Below, piece by piece: positions 1-9,862 of a stretch of DNA of 64,000 bases. The stretch covers positions 14,651-78,650 of the forward strand of contig JBDRPD010000001.1 in the NCBI GenBank assembly GCA_043827405.1, written 5' to 3'. How positions within the stretch are numbered: the first letter of the stretch is position 1; every line of letters begins with the position of its first letter. A program made the position numbers and the translations under genes. The notes beneath the pieces are model-generated. The model saw nothing but the letters and a program-made list of their open reading frames with translations. It did not search any database and had not been told where the DNA came from. This stretch comes from Elusimicrobiota bacterium (GTDB lineage Bacteria > Elusimicrobiota > Elusimicrobia > UBA1565).

Positions 1-719
1 CAGGCGATGCGGACGCTGTCGCTGCGCTCTTTGGTGACGTCGAAGGCGGCGGTATGCGTGCGCTGCATGAGGTCGAAATCGAAGGAGGCGCCCATCCGGA
101 TATTGAGCGGCAGGTTCTCCTTGGCTCGTTCGAATTGCGTGGTCGAGCCGATGTTCTGGAGCGCGATGCCCAGGCGCAGATCGGGCACGTTGGAAATCTC
201 GTACAGGGCGCCCAGGTCGATCGCCCGGGCGGTGCCGACGGTATTGTCGACGCTTTCGCGGATGTACTTGACGCCCACGCCCAGGCTCAGCAGCTCGTGC
301 ACGACCCGGCCGTAGCCGACGGTGAAAGCGAAATCGGTCAGCGCCGCGCCGCCGAGCCCCGCGCCGCTGGGGTTGGATACCGTGGTGCGGGGGATGTCGC
401 GCATGCTTAGATAGTTGAGGTTCAGCCCCCAGCCCCGGCGCGCCGCGAAACCGAAGTACTCGCGCGTGATGCCGAGGATGTGGCTGTTGTGCATGAAGGT
501 CAGCTCATGGTCGGTAATCCGGCCGAGACCGGCGGGGTTGTACAGCAGGGCGTTCGAGTCGGTGGCCAGCGACGTGTAGGCGCCGCCCAAGGCGGCGGCG
601 CGGGCGTTGGCGTCGAGGAACAGGAAGGAGAAAGGCTCCCCGCCCGCGGCGGCGGCCGCGGCTTCGCGGCTCCCGCCCAGGAGCGTCAGCGCCAATATGA
701 GCAGTCGCAGTCCGTTCAT
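1..719 (-). CDS. PorV/PorQ-like (FadL-fold) outer-membrane beta-barrel, truncated by the window edge
   Basis: Not in the ORF track; translated by hand from ATG 719: MNGLRLLILALTLLGGSREAAAAAGGEPFSFLFLDANARAAALGGAYTSLATDSNALLYNPAGL. Has a signal peptide and the PorV-type 'AR..ALGGAY...NPAGL' motif. Paralog of 8486-9862. ATGA overlap with the upstream gene. Confidence 0.85.
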   Translation of the reverse strand, partial: MNGLRLLILALTLLGGSREAAAAAAGGEPFSFLFLDANARAAALGGAYTSLATDSNALLYNPAGLGRITDHELTFMHNSHILGITREYFGFAARRGWGLNLNYLSMRDIPRTTVSNPSGAGLGGAALTDFAFTVGYGRVVHELLSLGVGVKYIRESVDNTVGTARAIDLGALYEISNVPDLRLGIALQNIGSTTQFERAKENLPLNIRMGASFDFDLMQRTHTAAFDVTKERSDSVRIA

Positions 720-3700
720 CGTATGATCAGCAGCTTCCGTATGATCGCTTCCTGGCCGCCGCTCTTGATGACGGCGACGTACCCGCCGGTCGCCACGTCG
801 CGGCCGTCGCGGTTGCGGGCGTCCCACTGAATCCGGCCGGAAGCCACCGAATTGAGGTCGGTTACCAGCTGGCCCGCTAGGGTGTAAATCTTTATGCTGG
901 TCCCTTCCGGCAGCAGATCGAAGATGATGCCCGAGTTCGGGTTGCCGGAAGCGTACGGTACGCCGTCATCGGTGAGCGTGTTGTTCGGCCGGTACGGGAC
1001 GGGGTAGACCAGGATAGAGCCCAGGTCCGAATGCTTGGGCGCGAAAAGCGCGAAGATGCTGAAATGCGGCGTTTCGCCCGTGACGGTGCGGTTGCGGGTG
1101 TCCGCCGTCGATGCGAAATCACGCGTCCAGGAGCCCGCCGCCGCGTCGTAGTAGTAGATTTTCAGTTCGCTCGCCCGTACCGACGTGCCGTCGACGAAGC
1201 CGTCGCCGTCCTCGTCGGGGTAGCCGATGCTCAAAGTCGCCGTCTGCCCGCCGCTGAGGTCGGTCTGGCTGGGCGTCAGCGTGATCTCCACGCTGGTCCC
1301 GATCGGGGTAACATCGCTTCGCGCCGCCGGCGTGGTGGTCGGGTTGTTGGTTATGGTTACGGTTTTGGTGGACTCGTTGAGGGCGCCCGCCGGGATGCTC
1401 AGCCGGGTTACTTGGGCCTTGGACGGGTCGGCCGCCCGAACGCTGCTGAGCGCGCCGTTGTTGATCACCTGCTGCAGCTTGACGCGGGCGCCCCCCGCCT
1501 GGCTGTTCTCGTTGATGTCCCAGTTCGCCGGATCCACCTCGATCAGGACCGAGGGCGGGGCGGGATCGGCCGCGGCGCTCCGGTCGGTGGCGACCGCGCG
1601 CAGGTTGTAGCCGGTAGCGGGCAAAGGCAGGGTCTTTACGTCCCAGTGCACAAGGTACGGGTAGGTGGTGTCCGGATTGGGATTGCTGTCGCTCGCGGGA
1701 GGGATGTCGATCCACACCGTATCGGTCGAGTGCTTGTACTGGAACAGCACTTTGCTTACGCTTTCGGCCGCGCCCTGCGTGATGTCGGCGGCTATCGTCA
1801 CCCGGTCCCCCGCGATCTTCTGTCCGCTGCGGGGGGAGCGGATGGAGGCGCGCACGTCGGGCAGGGCGTCGGCCGCCCCGGCCGTGGCCGTGACGGTGAA
1901 ATTCGTCTCCTCCGTGCCGCAGGAGTTTTTCGCGCGCAGGCCGAAGGTGTAGGCGGCGCTCGACGTCAGCACATTCGTGGTGAACGTGGTGACCGTTGAG
2001 GTGAATACGGCGAGCGGCGCGGAGTAGTTGACGACTTCGGTTCCGCCGTCGAAGTACAAGCGGTACTGGGAGGCCAGCGCGTCCGGCGAGGGCGTCCAGT
2101 TGAGCGCTACCCGGCGTCCGGACAGGCTCTCGGCGGTCAGCCCGCTCGGCGCCAGCGGGGTCGAGCCCAAGGTCTGGAATTCGGCGATGGCGGCGAAATC
2201 CGTGGGTACGCCGTCGCCGTTGAGGTTGCGGATGCGGAAGTAATAGGTCGTGCAGCCGAGCAGGCCGAAGTCGGTATAGCTGGTGACGGCGCCGGTGGCG
2301 ATCGTCGTAAACGTCGCGTTGTCGGTCGAGCGCTGGATATCGGCGAGCGTATGCGCGGGGTTGGTGTTGCTGTTCCAGGAGAACGCCGCGCTGGAGCCTT
2401 CGATCTGGGTCGTCACCGCGCCGGTCGGCGGCATCGCCAGGGTATAAATCGTGGCGGTGGGCGTCAGCGGTCCCCCGCCCAGAACGTGCAGCGGCTCGAT
2501 GAATATCCCGTAGGCGGTATTTGTTTCGAGCGCCACCTCGTCGAGCGTCGTCACCGACGGGTTGGCGAGTAAAGTGGCCGGCTCGGACGCGCGGTAGACG
2601 TTGTAGCTGGCGGCGTCGGCGGATGCGGTCCATGACCAGGTAACCGACGAGATGCCCAAAGTGGTGCCGACCGGGGTGCCCGGACGGGTGGCGCCGTCGG
2701 CCCAGTTGATCAGCCCTCCCGGGTCGCCGTCGAAGCTCTCGCCCTTATAGGCGCCGGTGGACTGGAAGAACAGCCAGGCCAGCGCGGGGTTGGCGCCTTC
2801 CACCCGGACGTTGTAAGGGAAGGGAGCAGCCGTAAAGTCGCGCGACATTCCGAAAGCGATGCTGTAGAAGGTCGCGTTCGAGGTCAGGTTGCGGACGGTG
2901 AGGTAGCTATTGGTCGCGCCGGTGATGCCCAGATAGTCGAAGGCGGCGGTGGATATCAGGACCCCGGCGCTTCCGGAAAGCTGGATGCCGTTGCCGTCCA
3001 TATTCGTCATGGATGACAGGCGGGCGCTGAATGCTCCCGAGGAAACGAAGGAATAATAGGTCGCCGCGGAGTTGAGGCGGTCCATGACCGTATAGGCGGC
3101 GTTGGCGCCGAGGAGCTGCAGGCCGCCGCTCGGCGCTACCGTCAGCTTCGAACGGCCGGCATTTAAGGAAGAGGCCGCGGGCCCGAAGAGGAACCGCTTC
3201 TGCTTATTGGAATCCTGCGGTGTCGAGACCAGGGCGAACTCCAGCCGGTCGCCTTCGAGCGGCGTGGCGGCGCCGGTAAAATTGACCCTGAACAGCGGGC
3301 TGGCGGCCGGGATATCGATGCCCGAAAGGTTGCCGGCGAAGATATGCATGTCGACGCCTGAAGATGAGCCGTCGACATGCCACTGGTTGTCGCGGTACTC
3401 GAAGGTGATGAGCTGGCTGACGACCGTCGCGTCATAGGTCTGGGTGACGGCGAGGCTGTGGTTCGGTCCGCGCATCGCCCGGGGGACGGTCGCGGTTGAG
3501 GCGTAGAGCGGGGCGGTGTAGTCGAACGTCCAGGTCGAGCCGGATATCTCATGGCTGCCGTAGAAGCGCGCCGTGCCGGTGGCGTAATCCTGGTGGTAGG
3601 ACAGCAGGTAGGTCCCCTGAGTGTCGAAGCCCGTCGTAGCGATGCCGCCGGCGGGGTGAACCCGTGCGGCCTTGAGCGTCAAGTTCTCGACGCCGCCGGC

Positions 3701-6700
3701 ATTAAACATCACTTCGCCGGCGGTGTTGGGAAAGGCCGCGCCCTGCGCGTTGTAGCCGATACCGCCGTTCGCAAATACCGCGTTTGCCGCCCCGTCGATG
3801 AACAGCCCGGCGCCGCTGTTGGCGAAGGTATTGCCGCGCGCCAGCAGGTTCGCGCCGCCGGATATGCGCAGACCGTGGCTCGCATTGGCGAAGGTCGGGT
3901 TGCCGATAAGCATATTGTTGTCGGAGCCGCTGTCGGTAAGCAGCCCGGTGCTGGCATTGGTGTAGACGTTGTTGTCGAGCAGCGTGTTGCTGTCGGCGCT
4001 CTGCAGCCAGATTCCCTGGACCCCGTTGGCATATGAGCGGTTGCCGCGCAGGTGGTTGAAGCGGCTGTTGCTGACGAGAATGCCCGCGCTGGTATTCGAG
4101 AAGGCATGGTTGTTCGCCAGACGGTTGTGGTCGGCGCCGTTGGTCAGGAGAATGCCGTAGGCTCCGTTGCCGCCGGCGACGCTGCCGTAGACGTCGCTGC
4201 CGACGGAGGCGTTGTCGAAGACCAGCCCCGCATCGGCGCCGGCATGGAACACCAAGCCGACCAAGGTATGCGATGAGCTGCCGCTGAAGCGCAGGCCGTT
4301 GAAGCCGCCGCGAAACACCGCGCTGGAGATCGAGCCGGCGACGCCGCCGCCGTCGAACGTCACGCCGTATTTGCCGGAAGCGTTGGCGCCGAGCTCGCTG
4401 AAGAGGGCGTCGACAACCGCGAAGCTGGTGGCGTTGGTCGCCAGGTTGCGGACATAGGCGGCGTTCGCGGCGCTGTCGGTGCCCGCCGAGCGCACGCTGA
4501 CGTTGCGCGAAAGATTCGCCGCCACGATCGGCGTAGTGCTGCTTTGCGTTCTGGCGGCGGCAAGGCCGCCGCTCCAGGAGATGGTCAGCGGATTCGTTCC
4601 CGTTATCGACGTGATCGTCCGCGTCTCCGCCGTCGCCGTGCCGTTGCCCGCGGTCGGTCCGATTAGGATGTCGTCGCCGACGGCCCAGCCGGTGGCGCTC
4701 GAGGCCGCGATCAGCAGCCCCACCTCTCCCGCCGGCAGCGGGTTCACGGCGAAACCATAAGGATACTTGGCGGCGCCTCGCGCCGTGAAGTCGCCGCCGG
4801 GACTGACGATGAGGCCGAACTCGCCGGCGGTGGAGCCGAGCGCCAGGACGAGCTCCGCTTTAATGCCGGAAGGGATGGCGTCGCCGGAGGTCCCCATGTC
4901 GAGATGTCCGCCGGAGCCGACCGTCAGGTCGCCGGCGACTATGGTCAGGCTGCTGTTCTCTACGCGGTCGAAATAGAGGGTGCCGAGAATGGTGGTCGTG
5001 GAGGCGGTGCCCGTCGAGACGTCCAACGATACGATGTCGCCGGGCGAGACGGTGACGGCGTTGCAGGCGGTGGGGATAAACGGCGGATACCAGGTCGAGA
5101 GCGCCGACCAGGGTCCCGACTGGATGCTGGAGAGATCGCTGCAGGCCGAGGGCGGCGGCGCGATGGTGAAGGAGGATATCCAGATATCGGGATTGGCGGC
5201 GCCCCGCTGGCCGGCGACATAGGCGGTATTGGCGGTCGTGTCGAGCGCGACGGTATAGGCCGCGTCGGTCCCACCGGCGCCGTCAAAAGTGGCGCTCGAC
5301 TGCAGGACCAGGACGCGGCTGTACTCCGCGTACCAGGCATTGGCCGCGCCGGCCGATTCGGTCGCCTGGCCGGCCAGCACGACGTTGCCGGCGTTGCCGA
5401 TCTCGAGTTCGTAGGCGGCATCCGAACCGAGGGCGGCCGAGCCGTCTACCGTAATGCTTTGCTGCAGAGCGAGGCTCGCGTTGAAGCGTCCCAGCCAGGC
5501 GTCGAGGTTCGGCCCGCCGTTGTCGATCTCTCCGGCGGCGAAGACATCGCCGTTGGGACCGACGGCGACCGAGGCGCCGCCGTCCGCGGTGCCGCCGCCG
5601 CCGGCCTGGGTGGCGCTGGTGATGAAGACCAGACTGCTGTCGTACTTGCCGATCCAGATGTCGGTGGGCGCACCGGCCGACGGGGGCAGGTCGCCGGCAA
5701 GGTAAATATTGCCGCTCAGGTCGAGCGCCAGCCCGTGCCCGCTGGCGAGCGATGGGCTCAGGCCCGTATTGAAGGCGGCGCTGGCCTGGAAGACCAGCGC
5801 CTTATCGAACTGCGCCAGCCAGATGTCGGTGTTGGCGCCGTTGACGGCGGTGCCGGCCAGCAGCAGTTTGCCGGCGTCGGTATGCAGGAGCTCCGAGGCC
5901 TGCGCGGCGGTTTCTCCGACCGTCGTGCTGCTGATCAGGTTGAGATTGGCGTCAAAGGAGGCGAGCCAGGTCTGCAGCGTGCCGTTGCCCAGCGTCGTGT
6001 AGCCCGCCGCGAATACGATATTCTTGCTGTCCACGACCACCGAGTAGGCGACGTCGTGGCCGCTGCCGGCGTCGCCGTTGAAGGTTGTGCTGGAGACCAA
6101 AGCCATAGCCGCATCATAGCGGGCGATCAGGAAATCGAGTCCCGGCGGGCCGCGGCTGGACTGCCCGACCGCGTAGAGCGAGCCGTTGGGGGCCAGTGCG
6201 AGATCGTGGATACGGTCCTCCGGGTCGGCCGGCGCCGGCGGGGAGGTCGTGGTCGCGGAAGAGGCGGCGCAGCGCTCGCCCTGCACCCCGGCGTCGTTGA
6301 CGGCTTCCACGACGATCGAGTAAGCGACGTTGGGCGCGAGGCCGCCGATCTGGTAGGTCTCCGTCAGCGTCGGCTTTTGCGGCGTCAAGCCGTGGCTGAC
6401 GTTTACCGCGTCGGCAAACTTTATATCGGTGTCGATGGCGTTGGCTTGCGCGTAGCGGATGAGATACTGCGCGGCCGTTCCGGTCGAGTTCTCGACGTCG
6501 GCGTAGGGCGCCGTCCATTGGATGGAGAGGGTGCTTGAAGAAACGGCGGTGACGCTTAGGTCGCTGATGGTCGCGGGGAGAGGACGCTGGGCGGTATGGC
6601 CGCCGCCGCCGGAATAGCCGGTCGAGGTCTCGGAGGAGATGCCGACGGCCGGCGCCTCGCCGGTCTCGAGGTAGCTCGCCGAGGTCATGGCGCGGCCGGC

Positions 6701-6823
6701 TTGGCCGAGGTTGTTGACGCGGTCGATATAGCCGGCGCTCTGGCTGACGGTGGCGCGCATGGGCGCGGGGAGCAGCAGGGAAAGGGCGAGCGCCGCCGGC
6801 GCGGTCAGCCGCGCGGGGCGCAT
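716..6823 (-). CDS. Giant secreted protein: FN3, beta-propeller-like repeats, parallel beta-helix, FN3 modules, T9SS type-A-like C-terminal domain
   Basis: Start moved to ATG 6823 (AAAGG upstream, signal peptide follows). 'N...GI.L..S..N.L..N' beta-helix repeats. C-terminus 'VYPVPYRP...IKIYTLAGQLV...WDARNRDGRDVATGGYVAVIK...RKLLIIR' matches the CTD/FlgD-Ig pattern. Confidence 0.8.
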   Translation of the reverse strand: MRPARLTAPAALALSLLLPAPMRATVSQSAGYIDRVNNLGQAGRAMTSASYLETGEAPAVGISSETSTGYSGGGGHTAQRPLPATISDLSVTAVSSSTLSIQWTAPYADVENSTGTAAQYLIRYAQANAIDTDIKFADAVNVSHGLTPQKPTLTETYQIGGLAPNVAYSIVVEAVNDAGVQGERCAASSATTTSPPAPADPEDRIHDLALAPNGSLYAVGQSSRGPPGLDFLIARYDAAMALVSSTTFNGDAGSGHDVAYSVVVDSKNIVFAAGYTTLGNGTLQTWLASFDANLNLISSTTVGETAAQASELLHTDAGKLLLAGTAVNGANTDIWLAQFDKALVFQASAAFNTGLSPSLASGHGLALDLSGNIYLAGDLPPSAGAPTDIWIGKYDSSLVFITSATQAGGGGTADGGASVAVGPNGDVFAAGEIDNGGPNLDAWLGRFNASLALQQSITVDGSAALGSDAAYELEIGNAGNVVLAGQATESAGAANAWYAEYSRVLVLQSSATFDGAGGTDAAYTVALDTTANTAYVAGQRGAANPDIWISSFTIAPPPSACSDLSSIQSGPWSALSTWYPPFIPTACNAVTVSPGDIVSLDVSTGTASTTTILGTLYFDRVENSSLTIVAGDLTVGSGGHLDMGTSGDAIPSGIKAELVLALGSTAGEFGLIVSPGGDFTARGAAKYPYGFAVNPLPAGEVGLLIAASSATGWAVGDDILIGPTAGNGTATAETRTITSITGTNPLTISWSGGLAAARTQSSTTPIVAANLSRNVSVRSAGTDSAANAAYVRNLATNATSFAVVDALFSELGANASGKYGVTFDGGGVAGSISSAVFRGGFNGLRFSGSSSHTLVGLVFHAGADAGLVFDNASVGSDVYGSVAGGNGAYGILLTNGADHNRLANNHAFSNTSAGILVSNSRFNHLRGNRSYANGVQGIWLQSADSNTLLDNNVYTNASTGLLTDSGSDNNMLIGNPTFANASHGLRISGGANLLARGNTFANSGAGLFIDGAANAVFANGGIGYNAQGAAFPNTAGEVMFNAGGVENLTLKAARVHPAGGIATTGFDTQGTYLLSYHQDYATGTARFYGSHEISGSTWTFDYTAPLYASTATVPRAMRGPNHSLAVTQTYDATVVSQLITFEYRDNQWHVDGSSSGVDMHIFAGNLSGIDIPAASPLFRVNFTGAATPLEGDRLEFALVSTPQDSNKQKRFLFGPAASSLNAGRSKLTVAPSGGLQLLGANAAYTVMDRLNSAATYYSFVSSGAFSARLSSMTNMDGNGIQLSGSAGVLISTAAFDYLGITGATNSYLTVRNLTSNATFYSIAFGMSRDFTAAPFPYNVRVEGANPALAWLFFQSTGAYKGESFDGDPGGLINWADGATRPGTPVGTTLGISSVTWSWTASADAASYNVYRASEPATLLANPSVTTLDEVALETNTAYGIFIEPLHVLGGGPLTPTATIYTLAMPPTGAVTTQIEGSSAAFSWNSNTNPAHTLADIQRSTDNATFTTIATGAVTSYTDFGLLGCTTYYFRIRNLNGDGVPTDFAAIAEFQTLGSTPLAPSGLTAESLSGRRVALNWTPSPDALASQYRLYFDGGTEVVNYSAPLAVFTSTVTTFTTNVLTSSAAYTFGLRAKNSCGTEETNFTVTATAGAADALPDVRASIRSPRSGQKIAGDRVTIAADITQGAAESVSKVLFQYKHSTDTVWIDIPPASDSNPNPDTTYPYLVHWDVKTLPLPATGYNLRAVATDRSAAADPAPPSVLIEVDPANWDINENSQAGGARVKLQQVINNGALSSVRAADPSKAQVTRLSIPAGALNESTKTVTITNNPTTTPAARSDVTPIGTSVEITLTPSQTDLSGGQTATLSIGYPDEDGDGFVDGTSVRASELKIYYYDAAAGSWTRDFASTADTRNRTVTGETPHFSIFALFAPKHSDLGSILVYPVPYRPNNTLTDDGVPYASGNPNSGIIFDLLPEGTSIKIYTLAGQLVTDLNSVASGRIQWDARNRDGRDVATGGYVAVIKSGGQEAIIRKLLIIR

Positions 6824-6862
6824 TGGACTACCTTTCTCTTTGCTGTTCAAATTCCGGTTCCG

Positions 6863-8299
6863 TTAATGCCAGACCGTCCCGCCGACGCCTGCGCTATCGA
6901 AAGCGGAGAGGACGGTATTTGTCGAGACGACCATATTGACGCTGTTGCTGCAGTTCGAGCAGAAATACAGGATGCCCGCACGTCCCGGGATCATCGCTTC
7001 CAGCTGCGCCTGGGTGCGTGAATAGATGCCGATACCGCCGGCCACATCCAGCGCCGCGGCGGGAGTCGCTGTGCCGACGCCGACGCGTCCGCCGGTCACG
7101 ACCAAGGTCGATATGCCGACGGAAAAAGCCGCCGGATCGCCGTCCACGATGAGAGTTCCCGAGCTCATGTGCAGCAAGGACGCGGGAATCGCCGTGCCCA
7201 GACCGAGCCGCCCGGCGCTGGTCAGGATCATCGATGAGGCGCCGACCTGGAAGGCGACCGGCGCGTTGCCGTTGATGAACAGGGTGCCGGAGCTTACGTT
7301 GACGACGCCGGTGGCGGCGCCGAAGCCCGGAATCAGGACCACGCTGCCGCCGGGCGCGGTGCCGGAGCCGCCGCCGCCGGTGATGACGACGTGGCCGCCG
7401 GGGATATTGTTGCCCGCGCCCTGGGAGGCGCCGCTGCGTACCTGGATCTCGGCGCCGGAGGCATTGATGCCGGTGGAGGCGCCGCGGATAATGACCGTCG
7501 AAGTGCTGGCCGCCGGGGAGTCGACGTCGACGTTGCCGCTCTGGATCAGGACGTTGCCGCCGGCCGCGTTGTTGCCGTCGCCGGCCAGCAGGCGGATGTC
7601 GCCGCCGCGCGTGCCGTTGGAGATGCCGCCGTCGTTGCCTTTGCCGCCGATGATGGTGAAGGAGCTGCCGTCGACCGCCGAGCCGCTGCGCGGCAGGATG
7701 ATCTCGAGCGGCTTGGCCGTCGACTGCGTCAGGTCCTGGACGCGCGAGATGCCGCTCTCGGTGAGATGGTAGATCCCCGTTTTGAACCGCGCCGCGGTGA
7801 AGCTGGAGTTGGTATTGGTAAAGTCGTAGGTGCCGGCGAGGGTTCCGGTCGCGATATCGTTGGTGATCGTCGCGGTGTCGGCCCTAAGGGCTTGGAACGC
7901 GTAGCCGGCCGCCTGCACGCGCATGCGGGGGGCGAGCGCCTCGAAAGTGCCGACGCAGTCGCCGTCGGCGTCCACCTGCCGCTCGAGCCAGACGGCGTCA
8001 TTGTTCTGAAAGATCGCGGCGGTGATGCCGCCCGATGTCGAGCCGATCTCCACGTCGAAGCGTCCTTTGGTCACGCTCAAGTTGCAGCGCGTTTCCGTAA
8101 ACAGCGGCGCGGAGCAGTCGCCGCTTTCCGTGGCGCAGAGCAGGAACTTCATGTCCGTGGGCGTGTCCAGGGGCTGCAGCGTGGACTTGTCCAGGAGAAA
8201 TCCCTGGTAGTTGATGGTCGGCGTGATGCCGGCGCGTGCGGTGCCGGTCCACAGCAGCGACGCGGCCAGGATGAGAAATAGAGTGCTGTTCTTTTTCAT
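6863..8299 (-). CDS. Secreted fibre/adhesin-like protein (INYQG N-terminal domain, Gly-rich repeats)
   Basis: ATG 8299 with GAGGAG SD and a signal peptide. 'TINYQGFL..' domain and 'GRLGLGTAIP / GRVGVGTATP' repeats typical of tail-fibre-like trimeric proteins. Confidence 0.65.
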   Translation of the reverse strand: MKKNSTLFLILAASLLWTGTARAGITPTINYQGFLLDKSTLQPLDTPTDMKFLLCATESGDCSAPLFTETRCNLSVTKGRFDVEIGSTSGGITAAIFQNNDAVWLERQVDADGDCVGTFEALAPRMRVQAAGYAFQALRADTATITNDIATGTLAGTYDFTNTNSSFTAARFKTGIYHLTESGISRVQDLTQSTAKPLEIILPRSGSAVDGSSFTIIGGKGNDGGISNGTRGGDIRLLAGDGNNAAGGNVLIQSGNVDVDSPAASTSTVIIRGASTGINASGAEIQVRSGASQGAGNNIPGGHVVITGGGGSGTAPGGSVVLIPGFGAATGVVNVSSGTLFINGNAPVAFQVGASSMILTSAGRLGLGTAIPASLLHMSSGTLIVDGDPAAFSVGISTLVVTGGRVGVGTATPAAALDVAGGIGIYSRTQAQLEAMIPGRAGILYFCSNCSNSVNMVVSTNTVLSAFDSAGVGGTVWH

Positions 8300-8334
8300 C
8301 GTAGTGCTCCTCGACAAGCCATATATAACGGCAT

Positions 8335-8357
8335 CGGGCTAAATATATTTAAGCCCG
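8335..8357. promoter_or_regulatory. Near-perfect palindrome in an AT-rich intergenic region (possible operator)
   Basis: CGGGCT-AAATATATTT-A-AGCCCG, just upstream of the fibre-like gene. A TTGATT on the - strand lies at 8369-8374. Confidence 0.4.
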
Positions 8358-8485
8358 GAAAGAATAATAATCAAGATGCGGCGCTGCCCGCGAATTCCCC
8401 TTACTAAAGAGGAAGCGCGTCAATATTCTGGGATATCATCGTTACAGGCCCGTTACAGCCGTGTTGCGATTTTGCGCTATAAATT

Positions 8486-9862
8486 TCAGTCTTTCTGGTG
8501 GGTGCGCCGGCGTTTAAGCTGGCGGACGCTGCGGTTGATGTCGGCGCGGGAGGCGGCCGACGGTCCGGCCTGGAGGGCTTTGAGGAAGAACTGCAGGGCG
8601 CGGTCGAACTCGCCCTCTTTGACCAGGCACCGGCCGATGCCGGCGTAGGCGTCCGCGACCGCGGCGCCGCCGAGACTGAGCTGGATCGCGATCTTGATGC
8701 CTTCCTGATAGTACGTCTTCGCTTGGTAGAGGCGGTTGCGGCGCAAAGCGATCGTGCCCAGCCGCTCGCGGTAGCGCACGCGTTTGATATCGTCGGATCG
8801 AATATGCGGTTCGAGCGCCTCCAGCTCCTCTTGGGCCGCCTCCAGCATGCCCATCTCCATAAACTCGTCGACGACATCGAAGTCGTCGGACGCGGCGAGC
8901 TTGGCCGGACGCTCCAGGCGCTGGGAGCCGCGCTTGGGGAGGCGCCGCAGGGGGATGCCGCCTTCCCAGCGGGCCGTTACGCTGAAGCGGTGGGTGAGTC
9001 CCAGGTCGCCGTAGGGAGCGAAGGCGTAGTCGAAAGCGAAGTTCTTGTGAATCCAGCCGATGCCCGCCGTGACCCGCGGTCCGGTATCGCTGCGCGTGGT
9101 GAAGCCGAGGCGCAGCGGCATGGCCGGCGCCAGGCGGGTCTCGACGCCGAAGGCGACAAGCAGGGCGTCGGAGCGCTCCTTCGACAGGTCGAGAGATACC
9201 GTATGCTCTTTGTCGCGGTACAAGATGTCGTAGGCGGCGCCGAGCCGGACATTGAGCGGCAGGCTTTCGCGCTTATCGAGGAATTGGACGGTGGGTCCGA
9301 TGTTCTGGACCGCCGTTCCCAGCCGGAAATCGGGGTAGGACTGGCTGTTGTAGAGGACGCCCAGGTCCAGCGCGTAGCCTTCGGCCGAGATGCGGTCGAT
9401 GCTTTCGCGCACGAACTTCACGCCGGCTCCGAAATTGAAATCGTCGCTGTAGGCCCAGCCGTAGCCCGCTCCCGCCATAATGTCCGACATGCCGGTGCGC
9501 CCCAGCCCGGTGCCGGTGGGGTTGTCGAGCGTGGTGCGCTGCACGTCGCCGAAAGAGAGGTAGTTGAGGTGCAGCCCCCAGCCGCGCGGCGCGGCATAGC
9601 CGATGTAGTCCTGGAAGACGCCCTGCGCATGGCTGTTATGCATGAAGGTCAGCTCATGGCCGTCGGCCTTGCTCAGGCCCGCGGGGTTGTACTGCAGTGC
9701 GTTGGCGTCGACGGCCTGCGCCGTGTAGGCGCCGCCCAGCGCCGAGGCGCGGGCATTGGCGTCCAGGAAAAGGAAATCGAAGACCTCGCCGCCGGCGGCG
9801 CCCGCCGGCGAAAGGCGGGCCCCGCAGAACAGCAGCGCCATGCTGAGCAGTATCCTCTTCAT
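8486..9862 (-). CDS. PorV/PorQ-like beta-barrel with C-terminal TPR domain
   Basis: True start MKRILL at 9862 (ATGA overlap with the upstream stop). Motifs 'DANARASALGGAY..NPAGL' and 'DYAFAPYGDLGLTHRFS', followed by TPR helices such as 'ADAYAGIGRCLVKEGEFDRALQFFLKAL'. Confidence 0.85.
   Translation of the reverse strand: MKRILLSMALLFCGARLSPAGAAGGEVFDFLFLDANARASALGGAYTAQAVDANALQYNPAGLSKADGHELTFMHNSHAQGVFQDYIGYAAPRGWGLHLNYLSFGDVQRTTLDNPTGTGLGRTGMSDIMAGAGYGWAYSDDFNFGAGVKFVRESIDRISAEGYALDLGVLYNSQSYPDFRLGTAVQNIGPTVQFLDKRESLPLNVRLGAAYDILYRDKEHTVSLDLSKERSDALLVAFGVETRLAPAMPLRLGFTTRSDTGPRVTAGIGWIHKNFAFDYAFAPYGDLGLTHRFSVTARWEGGIPLRRLPKRGSQRLERPAKLAASDDFDVVDEFMEMGMLEAAQEELEALEPHIRSDDIKRVRYRERLGTIALRRNRLYQAKTYYQEGIKIAIQLSLGGAAVADAYAGIGRCLVKEGEFDRALQFFLKALQAGPSAASRADINRSVRQLKRRRTHQKD

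Noticed and set aside
6863..8299. Prophage tail gene
   Set aside because: It has a signal peptide and no phage genes are nearby.
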